Shown here: piece after piece, positions 32,954 to 41,478 of the stretch | Position numbering within the stretch: position 1 is the stretch's first letter | Layout: each line of letters begins with the position of its first letter | Notes under the pieces: generated by a model | Seen by the model: the letters and a program-made list of their open reading frames with translations, nothing else | Told to the model about the DNA's origin: nothing | The model's database searches: none | Position numbers and translations under genes: made by a program | NCBI GenBank assembly: GCA_036002405.1 | Contig: DASYTK010000041.1 | Coordinates: forward strand, 1 to 51,473 | Length of the DNA: 51,473 nucleotides | Reading direction: 5' to 3' | Source of the DNA: Candidatus Limnocylindrales bacterium | GTDB taxonomy: Bacteria > Chloroflexota > Limnocylindria > Limnocylindrales > CSP1-4

Positions 32954-34384
32954 GTGGCCGTCGGGTCGTCGAACAGCTTCGACCTCGTGGTCCTCGGGGC
33001 CGGCACCGGCGGCTATTCGGCAGCCTTCCGAGCCGCCCAGCTGGGCCTCCGCGTCGCCCTCGTCGACGAGGCGAAGATCGGCGGCACCTGCCTCCACACC
33101 GGGTGCATCCCGACCAAGGCGATGCTCGAGTCGGCCGCACTCGCGGAGCGCATCCGCCAGGCCGCGGACTTCGGCGTCGAGGCCGGAGAGCCGCGGGTCG
33201 ACTACGTCCGCGTGGCCCGACGCCGCCAGGAGGTCGTGGATCGGCTCCACAAGGGCCTCCAGGGCCTGGCGAAGCGGAACAAGGTGGAGTGGATCGCCGG
33301 TCGCGGCCGTCTTCAGGGCGGCAAGAAGGTCCGCGTCGAGATCGCCGGCGAGGATGGCAAGGCGGCGGGCTCGCGGACGCTCGACGCGACCGACGTGATC
33401 CTCGCCACGGGGAGCCGGGTACGCAGCCTGCCCGGCCTGGAGCCCGACGGCGAGCGTGTCATCACGAGCGACGAGGCCACGACCACCGACCGGCTGCCCG
33501 AGAGCATCATCGTCGTGGGGGCCGGTGCGGTTGGCGTCGAGTTCGCGAGCTTCTACCACGACGTGGGCGTCACGGTGACGCTCATCGAGTACCTGCCATC
33601 CATCGTTCCGCTCGAGGATGCGGAGGTCTCGAAGGAGCTGGAGCGCTCGTTCTCGCGCCGGGGGCTGACCGTCCTGACGAACGCCCGCTTCGACCCGGGC
33701 TCGGTCGTCGTCGACGAGGGCGGCGTCTGCGTCATGGTCGGTCCGGAGGGCAAGCAGCCCACCGAGCTCCGTGCGGAGCAGATGCTCGTGGCCACGGGAC
33801 GCGCGGCGAACACCGACGACGTCGGTCTCGAGACGACCCGCGCGAAGGTCGAGAAGGGGATCGTCCAGGTCGACGGCCGGATGCGAACCGCCGAGCCGCA
33901 TCTCTATGCGATCGGCGACATCGTCGGCGGGCTCTGGCTGGCCCACGTGGCTGCCCACGAGGGGTTCGCGGCCGTCCACGCGATCGCGAATGCCCACGCC
34001 GAGACCGTCGACTACCTGAAGATGCCCCGGGCGACATACTGCCGACCCGAGATCGCCTCGATCGGACGGAGCGAGCAGGAGTGCGAGCGCGAGGGGATCC
34101 CCGTGCGGACCGGGAAGTTCCCCTTCGCGGCCAGCGGCAAGGCGCTCATCGAGGGCGAGCCGCACGGCTTCGTGAAGGTCGTCGCGCACAGGGAGACGGA
34201 CGAGCTCCTCGGCGTGCACATGATCGGCCCAGGGGTAACGGACCTCATCTCGGAGGCGAGCGCTGCGATGCTCCTCGAGGCCACCGCCTGGGAGGTCGGT
34301 GCGGCCGTCCATCCCCATCCGACGCTGGCCGAGGCGCTGGGCGAGGCTGCCCTCGCGGTCGACGGCAAGGCCATCAACGTCTAG
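32954..34384 (+). CDS. lpdA: Dihydrolipoamide dehydrogenase (E3)
   Basis: GAGTGG, GGTCLHTGCIPTK (redox disulfide), GAGAVGVE, HPHPTLAE. Confidence 0.97.
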   Translation: MAVGSSNSFDLVVLGAGTGGYSAAFRAAQLGLRVALVDEAKIGGTCLHTGCIPTKAMLESAALAERIRQAADFGVEAGEPRVDYVRVARRRQEVVDRLHKGLQGLAKRNKVEWIAGRGRLQGGKKVRVEIAGEDGKAAGSRTLDATDVILATGSRVRSLPGLEPDGERVITSDEATTTDRLPESIIVVGAGAVGVEFASFYHDVGVTVTLIEYLPSIVPLEDAEVSKELERSFSRRGLTVLTNARFDPGSVVVDEGGVCVMVGPEGKQPTELRAEQMLVATGRAANTDDVGLETTRAKVEKGIVQVDGRMRTAEPHLYAIGDIVGGLWLAHVAAHEGFAAVHAIANAHAETVDYLKMPRATYCRPEIASIGRSEQECEREGIPVRTGKFPFAASGKALIEGEPHGFVKVVAHRETDELLGVHMIGPGVTDLISEASAAMLLEATAWEVGAAVHPHPTLAEALGEAALAVDGKAINV

Positions 34385-34412
34385 CGGGTCGGACAGGAGC
34401 GCGGGGAGCGAG

Positions 34413-35543
34413 ATGGCGACGACGCGGGAAACCGAGCCCAGGACGGTCGCCGCCCCGGCCCCCGATCGCCTCGGCGCCGAGCTCGGCCTTTCGGACGAGC
34501 AGCTCCGCGAGATGTACACGCTCGTGGCCATGGCCCGGGCGATCGACGAGCGGATGTGGGTGCTCAACCGGGCCGGCAAGGTCCCATTCGTGATCAGCGG
34601 CCAGGGCCACGAGGGGGCGCAGGTCGGGATCGCCTATGACCTGCGACGTCGCTCTGACTGGCTCGTGCCGTTCTACCGCTCCGTCGCGATGGTCATGACC
34701 TTCGGAATGTCGCCCCGCGAGATCATGCTCGCCCAGTTCGCCCGCGCGGTCGACCCCAGCTCGGGCGGTCGCCAGATGCCCGGCCACTACGGCGCAGCGC
34801 GGCACAACATCCTCTCGACCAGCTCGCCTGTCGCGACCCAGGTCCTCCATGCGGTCGGGATCGCCTACGCCGCGAAGGTCCGCGGCACAGGCCAGGTGGC
34901 GATGACCGCACTGGGCGAGGGGGCCAGCAACCAGGGCGACTTCCACGAGGCGCTGAACTTCGCCGGCATCCACCGGCTGCCGGTCGTCTTCGTCGTCGAG
35001 AACAACGGCTACGCGATCAGCGTTCCCGCCCGCTTCGAGACGGCTGTGCCGGACATCGCGATCCGTGCCCAGGGTTACGCCATGCCCGGGGTGATCGTCG
35101 ATGGCGCCGACGTGCTCGGCTGCTACGCGGCAGGCCGGGAGGCGATCGCCCGGGCGCGCCGTGGAGACGGCGCGACGCTCATCGAGGCGAAGGTCACCCG
35201 CCTGACCGCCCATTCCTCGGACGATCAGCAGACGAAGTACCGGAGCGCCGACGAGCTCGAGCGCGAGCGCGGCCGCGACCCCCTGCCGCTGTTCCGCCAG
35301 CAGCTCGCCGGAGCGGGAGTGCTCGACGACGAGCGTGAGGCGGCGATCGCCCGGGAGATCGCGGCGGCGGTCGACGACGCGACCGATTGGGCGGAGGCGC
35401 AACCCGAACCCGACCCCCAGACCGCGACCCGCCACGTCTACGCCGGAGAGCCGCTCGACGCCGTCGACGAGCCCTCTCTCGGCGGCCCCTGGGGGGCACG
35501 ACCCTCGCCGCGCGATGGCGGCCGGTCCGCGCGGGAGGGCTGA
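34413..35543 (+). CDS. 2-oxoacid (probably branched-chain) dehydrogenase E1 alpha
   Basis: TPP motif GEGASNQGDFHEALNFA...ENN, DPSSGGRQMPGH, RLTAHSSDD. The operon order lpd-E1a-E1b-E2 matches the Bacillus bkd operon. Confidence 0.93.
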   Translation: MATTRETEPRTVAAPAPDRLGAELGLSDEQLREMYTLVAMARAIDERMWVLNRAGKVPFVISGQGHEGAQVGIAYDLRRRSDWLVPFYRSVAMVMTFGMSPREIMLAQFARAVDPSSGGRQMPGHYGAARHNILSTSSPVATQVLHAVGIAYAAKVRGTGQVAMTALGEGASNQGDFHEALNFAGIHRLPVVFVVENNGYAISVPARFETAVPDIAIRAQGYAMPGVIVDGADVLGCYAAGREAIARARRGDGATLIEAKVTRLTAHSSDDQQTKYRSADELERERGRDPLPLFRQQLAGAGVLDDEREAAIAREIAAAVDDATDWAEAQPEPDPQTATRHVYAGEPLDAVDEPSLGGPWGARPSPRDGGRSAREG

Positions 35544-35546
35544 GGC

Positions 35547-36530
35547 ATGGCCGTCATGACCCTCCTCGAGTCGATCCGCGAGACGCTCCGGGAGGAGATG
35601 CGGCGGGACGAATCGATCGTCATCCTGGGCGAGGACGTGGGCAAGAAGGGCGGCGTCTTCCTCACGACGGACGGCCTCTTCGACGAGTTCGGTGGCGACC
35701 GGGTCCTCGACACGCCGCTGACCGAATCGATGATCGTGGGTGCCTCGATCGGCGCTTCCGTGAACGGACTTCGGCCGGTGCCCGAGATCCAGTTCGCGGA
35801 CTTCATCCACCCGGCCTTCAACCAGATCGTCAGCGAGGCAGCGCGGATGCGCTACCGCTCGAACGGGCACTTCAGCTGCCCGATCACGATCCGGGCGCCC
35901 TACGGCGGCGGCGTCCACGGCGCGCTCTACCACAGCCAATCGGTGGAGGCCTTCTTCGCCCACGTCCCCGGCCTGAAGGTGGTCGTGCCGTCGACGCCCT
36001 ACGACGCACGAGGCCTCCTCCGCAGCGCGATCCGGGATGACGACCCGGTGCTCTTCTTCGAGCACAAGAAGCTGTACCGCTCGGTCCGTGGCGAGGTCCC
36101 CGAGGGCGACTACACGATCCCCCTCGCCCGCGCGAACGTGACCCGGGAAGGGCGCCAGGTCTCGATCGTCGCCTACGGGCTGATGGCGCATTACGCGCTC
36201 GAGGCCGCCGAGCTTGTCGAGGGCGAGGGCGTGAGCGCCGAGGTCATCGACGTGCGCACCCTGCGGCCGCTCGATGCCGAGACGATCGTCGACTCGGTGA
36301 AGAAGACCGGCAAGTGCGTGATCGCCTACGAGGACAACCGCTTCGGGGGCTACGGGGCGGAGATCGCGGCGATCCTCGCCGAGGAGGCCTTCGACTACCT
36401 CGATGGGCCGATCGTCCGCGTGACCGGGCCCGAGGTGCCGGGGGTCCCCTACAGCCACACCCTGGAGGACTGGTTCATGCCCGACCCGGAGCGGATCGCC
36501 CAGGCGGTCCGCGATCTGGCGGCCTACTGA
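35547..36530 (+). CDS. 2-oxoacid dehydrogenase E1 beta
   Basis: GEDVGKKGGVF, DTPLTES, EIQFADF, GALYHSQS, FFEHKKLYR. Confidence 0.96.
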   Translation: MAVMTLLESIRETLREEMRRDESIVILGEDVGKKGGVFLTTDGLFDEFGGDRVLDTPLTESMIVGASIGASVNGLRPVPEIQFADFIHPAFNQIVSEAARMRYRSNGHFSCPITIRAPYGGGVHGALYHSQSVEAFFAHVPGLKVVVPSTPYDARGLLRSAIRDDDPVLFFEHKKLYRSVRGEVPEGDYTIPLARANVTREGRQVSIVAYGLMAHYALEAAELVEGEGVSAEVIDVRTLRPLDAETIVDSVKKTGKCVIAYEDNRFGGYGAEIAAILAEEAFDYLDGPIVRVTGPEVPGVPYSHTLEDWFMPDPERIAQAVRDLAAY

Positions 36531-36756
36531 GCCATGGGCATGAGCGGAGGCGGCAGGTCGTGGTCGCGACGGGCCGATGGGCCTCCGTGCTCGCGGCGGG
36601 CGGATGCGGCCGTCGTGCGTCGGCTCGTGCCGTCCCCGCGGACGCCATCCATGTCGGAGCCGATGATGTATACGTACATCGCCGACCTCCCGCGCGAAGC
36701 CACCAGATGCGGCTGCACGAGTACACGGCCTCCCGGCCCGGGGTGAGGAGCGATCG

Positions 36757-38349
36757 ATGGCGAAAGTGACGATGCCCCAGCTCGGCGAGTCGGTTGCCGA
36801 AGGGACGATCGGAAAGTGGCTGAAGCAGCCCGGCGACCATGTCGCCAAGTACGAGCCGCTCGTCGAGGTCATCACCGACAAGGTCAATGCGGAGGTGCCC
36901 TCGCCCATCGAAGGCACGCTCCGTGAGATCCTGGTCCAGGAGGGCCAGACGGTCCCGAACAACGCCGAGATCGCGGTCATCGAGACGGCCGACGAGGGCG
37001 CAGGTGCCGGCGACGGCGGCGCCGCGGAGGGCGGCCAGGCGACCGTTCAGGCGACGGCCGAAGCGCCCGGCGCGACCGCGGATGCCGCCGAGGAGCCTGC
37101 CGAGGGATCGGCTTCCGCCCCCGCGACCGCGGCGCCGGTAACTGCTGGCGGTAACGGTCGCGAACCCGAGCGGACCGTCCTCGGCACGGGTCAGGGTCCG
37201 GCGGGGTCGGACGAGCGCTCGGTCGAGGAGGTGCAGCGGAGCGCGCCGGCTGCCACCGCCACACCGCCGACAGCAGCGGCAGCTCCGCCGTCGGCGCCGG
37301 GCCGCGAATACACGGGACCGGTCACCCCCGCCGTTCGCCGTCTGGCGCGCGAGCATGGCATCGATCTTTCGCTCGTCGCGGGAACGGGGCACAGTGGCCG
37401 CATCACCCGCGAGGACGTCCTCGGCTTCGTCGAGGCACAGCGGGCAGGCGCCGCGGCGCCGGCTCCGCCCGCACCGACCGCACCGGTCGCAACGGCGCAA
37501 CCCTCTGTCGCCCCTGCCGCAGCCGCGGCGCAACCCTCCGCCGCCCCTGCCGCAGCCGCGCCGACGCCGACAGGTGCCCCGGCCGTCGTGGCACCGGCTC
37601 CCGCCGCAGCGGCAGCCGCGCCGGTCGAGTCGGCCCCCCAGCGGGACGAGCTCAAGCCGATCACGCCGATGCGCAAGGCCATCGCGGCGCACATGGTCAA
37701 GGCGAAGCAGGAGGCGCCGCACGCCTACACGACCGTCGAGGTCGACATGTCCGGCGTCGTCGCCCTGCGCGACGCGGCGAAGGCCCGCTACCAGGCCCAG
37801 GAAGGAATCGCGCTGTCGTTCGTGGCGATCGTGGCCAAGGGGGTCGTCGAGGCGCTCGAGCGCCACCGGGAGCTGAATGCCCACTGGACAGAAGAGGGTC
37901 TTCTGCGCAAGGCCGACATCAACCTGGGGATCGCCGTCGCCGTCGACGACGGGCTGGTCGTCCCGGTGATCAAGAAGGCGGACGAGTACTCGATCCACGG
38001 CCTGAACCTGTTCCTCCAGGACTTCGCGGCGCGCGCGCGTGCGAACCGCCTGCGGCTCGAGGACGTCCAGGGCGGGACGTTCACGCTGAACAACACCGGC
38101 TGGTTCGGCTCGGTCGCCAGCCAGCCCATCGTGAACGTGCCAGAGGTCGCGATCCTGTCGATGGAGGCGATCGTCAAGCGGCCGGTCGTGATCGAGACGC
38201 CGGGCGGCGACACGATCGGAATCCACCCGGTGATGAACCTCTGCGTGAGCTTCGACCATCGCGCCACCGACGGCGCCCAGATCGGCCGCTTCGTCCAGGA
38301 CGTCCGCGCCTGGCTCGAGTCGGTCTCGCCCGACACTCCGATCTGGTAG
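36757..38349 (+). CDS. Dihydrolipoamide acyltransferase (E2)
   Basis: Lipoyl domain MPQLGES...ITDKVNAEVPSP, PSBD TPAVRRLAREHGIDL...GTGHSGRITRED, catalytic FDHRATDG. Confidence 0.96.
   Translation: MAKVTMPQLGESVAEGTIGKWLKQPGDHVAKYEPLVEVITDKVNAEVPSPIEGTLREILVQEGQTVPNNAEIAVIETADEGAGAGDGGAAEGGQATVQATAEAPGATADAAEEPAEGSASAPATAAPVTAGGNGREPERTVLGTGQGPAGSDERSVEEVQRSAPAATATPPTAAAAPPSAPGREYTGPVTPAVRRLAREHGIDLSLVAGTGHSGRITREDVLGFVEAQRAGAAAPAPPAPTAPVATAQPSVAPAAAAAQPSAAPAAAAPTPTGAPAVVAPAPAAAAAAPVESAPQRDELKPITPMRKAIAAHMVKAKQEAPHAYTTVEVDMSGVVALRDAAKARYQAQEGIALSFVAIVAKGVVEALERHRELNAHWTEEGLLRKADINLGIAVAVDDGLVVPVIKKADEYSIHGLNLFLQDFAARARANRLRLEDVQGGTFTLNNTGWFGSVASQPIVNVPEVAILSMEAIVKRPVVIETPGGDTIGIHPVMNLCVSFDHRATDGAQIGRFVQDVRAWLESVSPDTPIW
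37495..37560 (+). repeat. 33-nt tandem duplication in the E2 Ala/Pro linker
   Basis: AQPSVAPAAAA / AQPSAAPAAAA, encoded by near-identical 33-mers. Confidence 0.8.
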
Positions 38350-38633
38350 GTCAGCTCGACCGCGGTCCGCCGTGACCGGCGGGCGAGATCGCGGTCGGTG
38401 GCCTGGCCGTTCCTGTCAGATGCTCGCCAGACGGGCGCTCCCCCGCGCAACCGAGCGAATCCCTCTCGAACGCCCACCCGTGGAGCGCAAACGAGCCATC
38501 ACGCCTGCTACCGGGCTGTCGAAGATGGCGCCTGCCCGACGCTGAGCGCGGGATGAGAGGCTCGAGACCTCTTCGCGGCCGCGAGCCTGGGCTCTGACGG
38601 CGAGACGGCGCCGGTCGTAGACTCGACTTCCTG

Positions 38634-39725
38634 ATGGCCGACCTCCCCGCCTTCCAACCCCGACCCGGCCGGGAGCTGCCCCTGCTCCAGGCGGCAGGCC
38701 CAGAGCACGGCCATGGCGCTCACCTCCCAACCACGATCGCGATGGGCGGAGGCGCCGTGACGGGCGAGTTGGCCGCCAGCGCGGACGGGTCGGCTCCCCT
38801 CCGGCGGCACCCCGACTGGATCAAGGCGCGCCTTCCCTCGGGCGAGAACTACCACGACCTGAAGCGGATCCTGCGCGACCTGTCGCTGAACACCGTCTGC
38901 GAGGAGGCCCACTGCCCGAACATCGGGGAGTGCTGGGAGCAGCGCACCGCCACGATCATGATCCTCGGCGACGTGTGCACGCGCGCCTGCGGCTTCTGCG
39001 CCGTGAAGACAGGCCGGCCGACCTGGAACGACGAGGACGAGCCACGCCGGGTGGCGGAGGCGATCCGGGAGATGCGTCTCGAGCACGTCGTCGTCACCTC
39101 GGTGGCCCGCGACGACCTGGGCGACGGGGGAGCCCACGTCTTCGCCGAGACGATCCGTGCCCTCCGCCGGCAGTGCCCGGGGATGGGAGTGGAGGTTCTC
39201 ATCCCCGACTTCAACGGCGCGGACGAGCCACTCCGGCTCGTGATGGAGGCCGGGCCGGACATCCTGAACCACAACCTGGAGACGGTCGACCGTCTCCAGA
39301 AGCCCGTGCGCAAGCGCGCCCGCTACGAGCGCTCACTCGGCGTCCTCCGGCGGGCGAAGGAGCTCTCGCGCGAGCTGACCGCCCGAGCCGACGCGGTCCA
39401 CACGAAGTCCAGCCTGATGGTCGGGCTGGGCGAGACGCGGCCGGAGTTGAGCCAGGCCTTCCGCGACCTGCGGGCGGTCGATTGCGACATCCTCACGATC
39501 GGCCAGTACCTGCGGCCGTCTGAGCAGCACCTGCCGGTCGTCCGCTACGTGCACCCGGACGAGTTCGCCCAGATGAAGGCCGAAGCCCTCGCCCTCGGCT
39601 TCAAGCACGTCGAGTCGGGCCCCCTCGTCCGCTCTTCCTACCACGCTCGCGACCAGGTCCCGGAGGCTGCGAAGCGTGCCCGCACCACGCACCAGCCCGC
39701 TCTCGCCGCGAACGAGCTGGCCTGA
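38634..39725 (+). CDS. lipA: Lipoyl synthase
   Basis: [28 protein letters not shown]. Confidence 0.97.
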   Translation: MADLPAFQPRPGRELPLLQAAGPEHGHGAHLPTTIAMGGGAVTGELAASADGSAPLRRHPDWIKARLPSGENYHDLKRILRDLSLNTVCEEAHCPNIGECWEQRTATIMILGDVCTRACGFCAVKTGRPTWNDEDEPRRVAEAIREMRLEHVVVTSVARDDLGDGGAHVFAETIRALRRQCPGMGVEVLIPDFNGADEPLRLVMEAGPDILNHNLETVDRLQKPVRKRARYERSLGVLRRAKELSRELTARADAVHTKSSLMVGLGETRPELSQAFRDLRAVDCDILTIGQYLRPSEQHLPVVRYVHPDEFAQMKAEALALGFKHVESGPLVRSSYHARDQVPEAAKRARTTHQPALAANELA

Positions 39726-39759
39726 GCCGCGCCGGGCGGATCGGCAGGGCCGGGGCCGC

Positions 39760-39986
39760 ATGCGCCGGGCACGCCTGGTCGTCATCGTCATCCTAGCGGG
39801 ATCGATGCCGACGGCAGCTTCTGGGATCCGGTGGGCCGGATCGATCCCGAGAATCCCGACACGATCAACAGCGCGCCCGGGACCATGCTCATCGCCTCCA
39901 ACGACACGGCGGTCTTCCAGACGGTGCGCCTCCGGCTCGAGCTCGTGCGCCACGAAGGCCTGAAGTACCTGCCGCTCTGCGAATGA
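39760..39986 (+). pseudogene. Probable internally deleted or frameshifted exported-protein gene
   Basis: A signal-like MRRARLVVIVILAG from the ATG at 39760 is out of frame with a protein-like C-terminus (IDADGSFWDPVGRID...RHEGLKYLPLCE*). That stop overlaps the next ATG (ATGA). Confidence 0.4.
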
Positions 39987-40471
39987 GCGACAAGCCGCTC
40001 CGGCGTCAGCTCGTGTTGCTGCTTCGGGGGACCGAGGCGCACATGGCCTTCGAGGAGGCCGTCGAGCACTTCCCGGACGGTGCGATCAACACCCGGCCGC
40101 CGAACGTCCCGTACACCCCCTGGCACCTCGTGGAGCACCTCCGGATCACGCAGCGCGACATCCTCGACTACATCCGCGACTCCGAAGGCTACGTCTCCCG
40201 CGACTGGCCGGACGATTACTGGCCTGCACCCGATGCCGAGACGACGCCGGAGGGCTTTCGGACCTCGGTCTCCCAGTACCTCGACGACCGCCGCGCCCTC
40301 GAGGACATCGCCCTCGACCCCGCCGTCGACCTGCTGGCCGTCCTGCCCGGCACCCCCGGCCACACGGTCTTCCGCGAGATGTGCGTCGTCGGCAACCATG
40401 ACTCGTACCACGTCGGGGAGCTTGCGATCCTGCGCCAGGTGACGGGCACGTGGCCGGAGGACCGTGGTTGA
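39983..40471 (+). CDS. DinB/YfiT-superfamily protein (thiol S-transferase-like)
   Basis: PYTPWHLVEHLRITQRDILDYIR and NHDSYHVGEL...LRQ, the three-His DinB pattern. Confidence 0.85.
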   Translation: MSDKPLRRQLVLLLRGTEAHMAFEEAVEHFPDGAINTRPPNVPYTPWHLVEHLRITQRDILDYIRDSEGYVSRDWPDDYWPAPDAETTPEGFRTSVSQYLDDRRALEDIALDPAVDLLAVLPGTPGHTVFREMCVVGNHDSYHVGELAILRQVTGTWPEDRG

Positions 40472-40496
40472 CCGACTAGAACAGGCGTTCTATTCT
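40468..40496 (+). promoter_or_regulatory. sigma70-type promoter giving a leaderless transcript
   Basis: TTGACC (40468-40473), 17 nt, TATTCT (40491-40496), 6 nt, ATG (40503). Confidence 0.75.
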
Positions 40497-40502
40497 GGCC
40501 CG

Positions 40503-41405
40503 ATGCCGGCCGTCGAATATGCCGAGGAGCCCTGCCGGAGCGCACTCAACCGCGTCTCCGGGATGCCGTTCAAGTGGTCGCTCAACCCCTACATGGGTTG
40601 CGTCCATCGCTGCACGTTCTGCTACGTGCGCGGCTTCGAGCGGCGGGCGGAGCGGCCCTGGGACGAGCGCTACGGCCAGCGCGTGCGCGTGAAGGTCAAC
40701 GTCGTCGAACACCTTCGAGTGGAGCTCGCCCGGCGTTCCTGGCGGCGCGAGCAGGTCGTCATCGGTGCGGCGACCGATCCGTACCAGCCAGCCGAGGGCC
40801 GCCATCGATTGACGCGAGGTTGCATCGAAGCGCTGGCCCAGGCGCGGACCCCGCTCTCCCTGATCACGCGCGGCACGCTCGTCGTTCGCGACGTCGACGT
40901 CCTCGCCGAGGCCGCCCGCCGGGGCGGCGCGACGGTCAACCTGTCCGTGCCCACGCTCGACGAGCGGATCTGGCGCACGACCGAGCCATTCACGGCCCCG
41001 CCCCGCCAGCGGCTCCGCGCGGTCCGGATCCTCGTCGACGCCGGGATCCGGGCAGGCGTCGCGATCGCGCCCGTCCTTCCCGGCCTTTCCGATCGACCGG
41101 AGCTGCTGGGCCAGGTCGTCCGTGCCGCGCGGGAGGCCGGCGCCACCCACCTCTGGACGAACGTGCTGAACCTGCGTCCCGGAACGCGCGAGTACTTCCT
41201 CGATCACCTCGCGCGTGACTGGCCCGAGCTCCTTCCCCGCTACGAGCGGCTTTACGCCCACCGGTCCTACCTCTCGGAGTCGGATGTGCGCCCGATCCGC
41301 CAGCGGATCGGCGAGCTGCGCGACCGCTACGGGATCGCCGACCGGCGCGCGCGGCCGATCGATCCACTCCCAGAGCCGGAACAGCTCACCCTCCGGGCGG
41401 GCTGA
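40503..41405 (+). CDS. Radical SAM protein (Rv2578c/SplB-like family)
   Basis: SLNPYMGCVHRCTFCY (CX3CX2C), GAATDPYQPAE, EPFTAPPRQRL, APVLPGLSD. Confidence 0.9.
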   Translation: MPAVEYAEEPCRSALNRVSGMPFKWSLNPYMGCVHRCTFCYVRGFERRAERPWDERYGQRVRVKVNVVEHLRVELARRSWRREQVVIGAATDPYQPAEGRHRLTRGCIEALAQARTPLSLITRGTLVVRDVDVLAEAARRGGATVNLSVPTLDERIWRTTEPFTAPPRQRLRAVRILVDAGIRAGVAIAPVLPGLSDRPELLGQVVRAAREAGATHLWTNVLNLRPGTREYFLDHLARDWPELLPRYERLYAHRSYLSESDVRPIRQRIGELRDRYGIADRRARPIDPLPEPEQLTLRAG

Positions 41406-41478
41406 CGCCCAACCCTGCGTCGCGCTGGTCGGTCGGTGGACGGCGCCGCGCGGACGGAGGACACTCGGGGCGCCAGCG

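Noticed and set aside
32840-34579. Long N-terminal extension of the plsY ORF in the track, and the 32912 start given for the glycosyltransferase
   Set aside because: These are shadow frames over lpdA and plsY. The PlsY motifs begin at the ATG at 32839, which has a TATACT just upstream.
36706-36724. MRLHEY resembling the N-terminus of succinyl-CoA synthetase beta
   Set aside because: Only six residues match and the frame stops after 20 codons. Treated as coincidence.
37000-37640. Ala/Pro low-complexity repeats in E2, including a 33-nt duplication
   Set aside because: Normal flexible linkers of 2-oxoacid dehydrogenase E2 subunits.
38350-38633. 284-nt gap between E2 and lipA as a riboswitch or lipB remnant
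   Set aside because: No TPP, glycine, SAM or cobalamin consensus and no LipB motifs in any frame. A terminator-like stem plus a promoter (TAGACT at 38618) explains it adequately.
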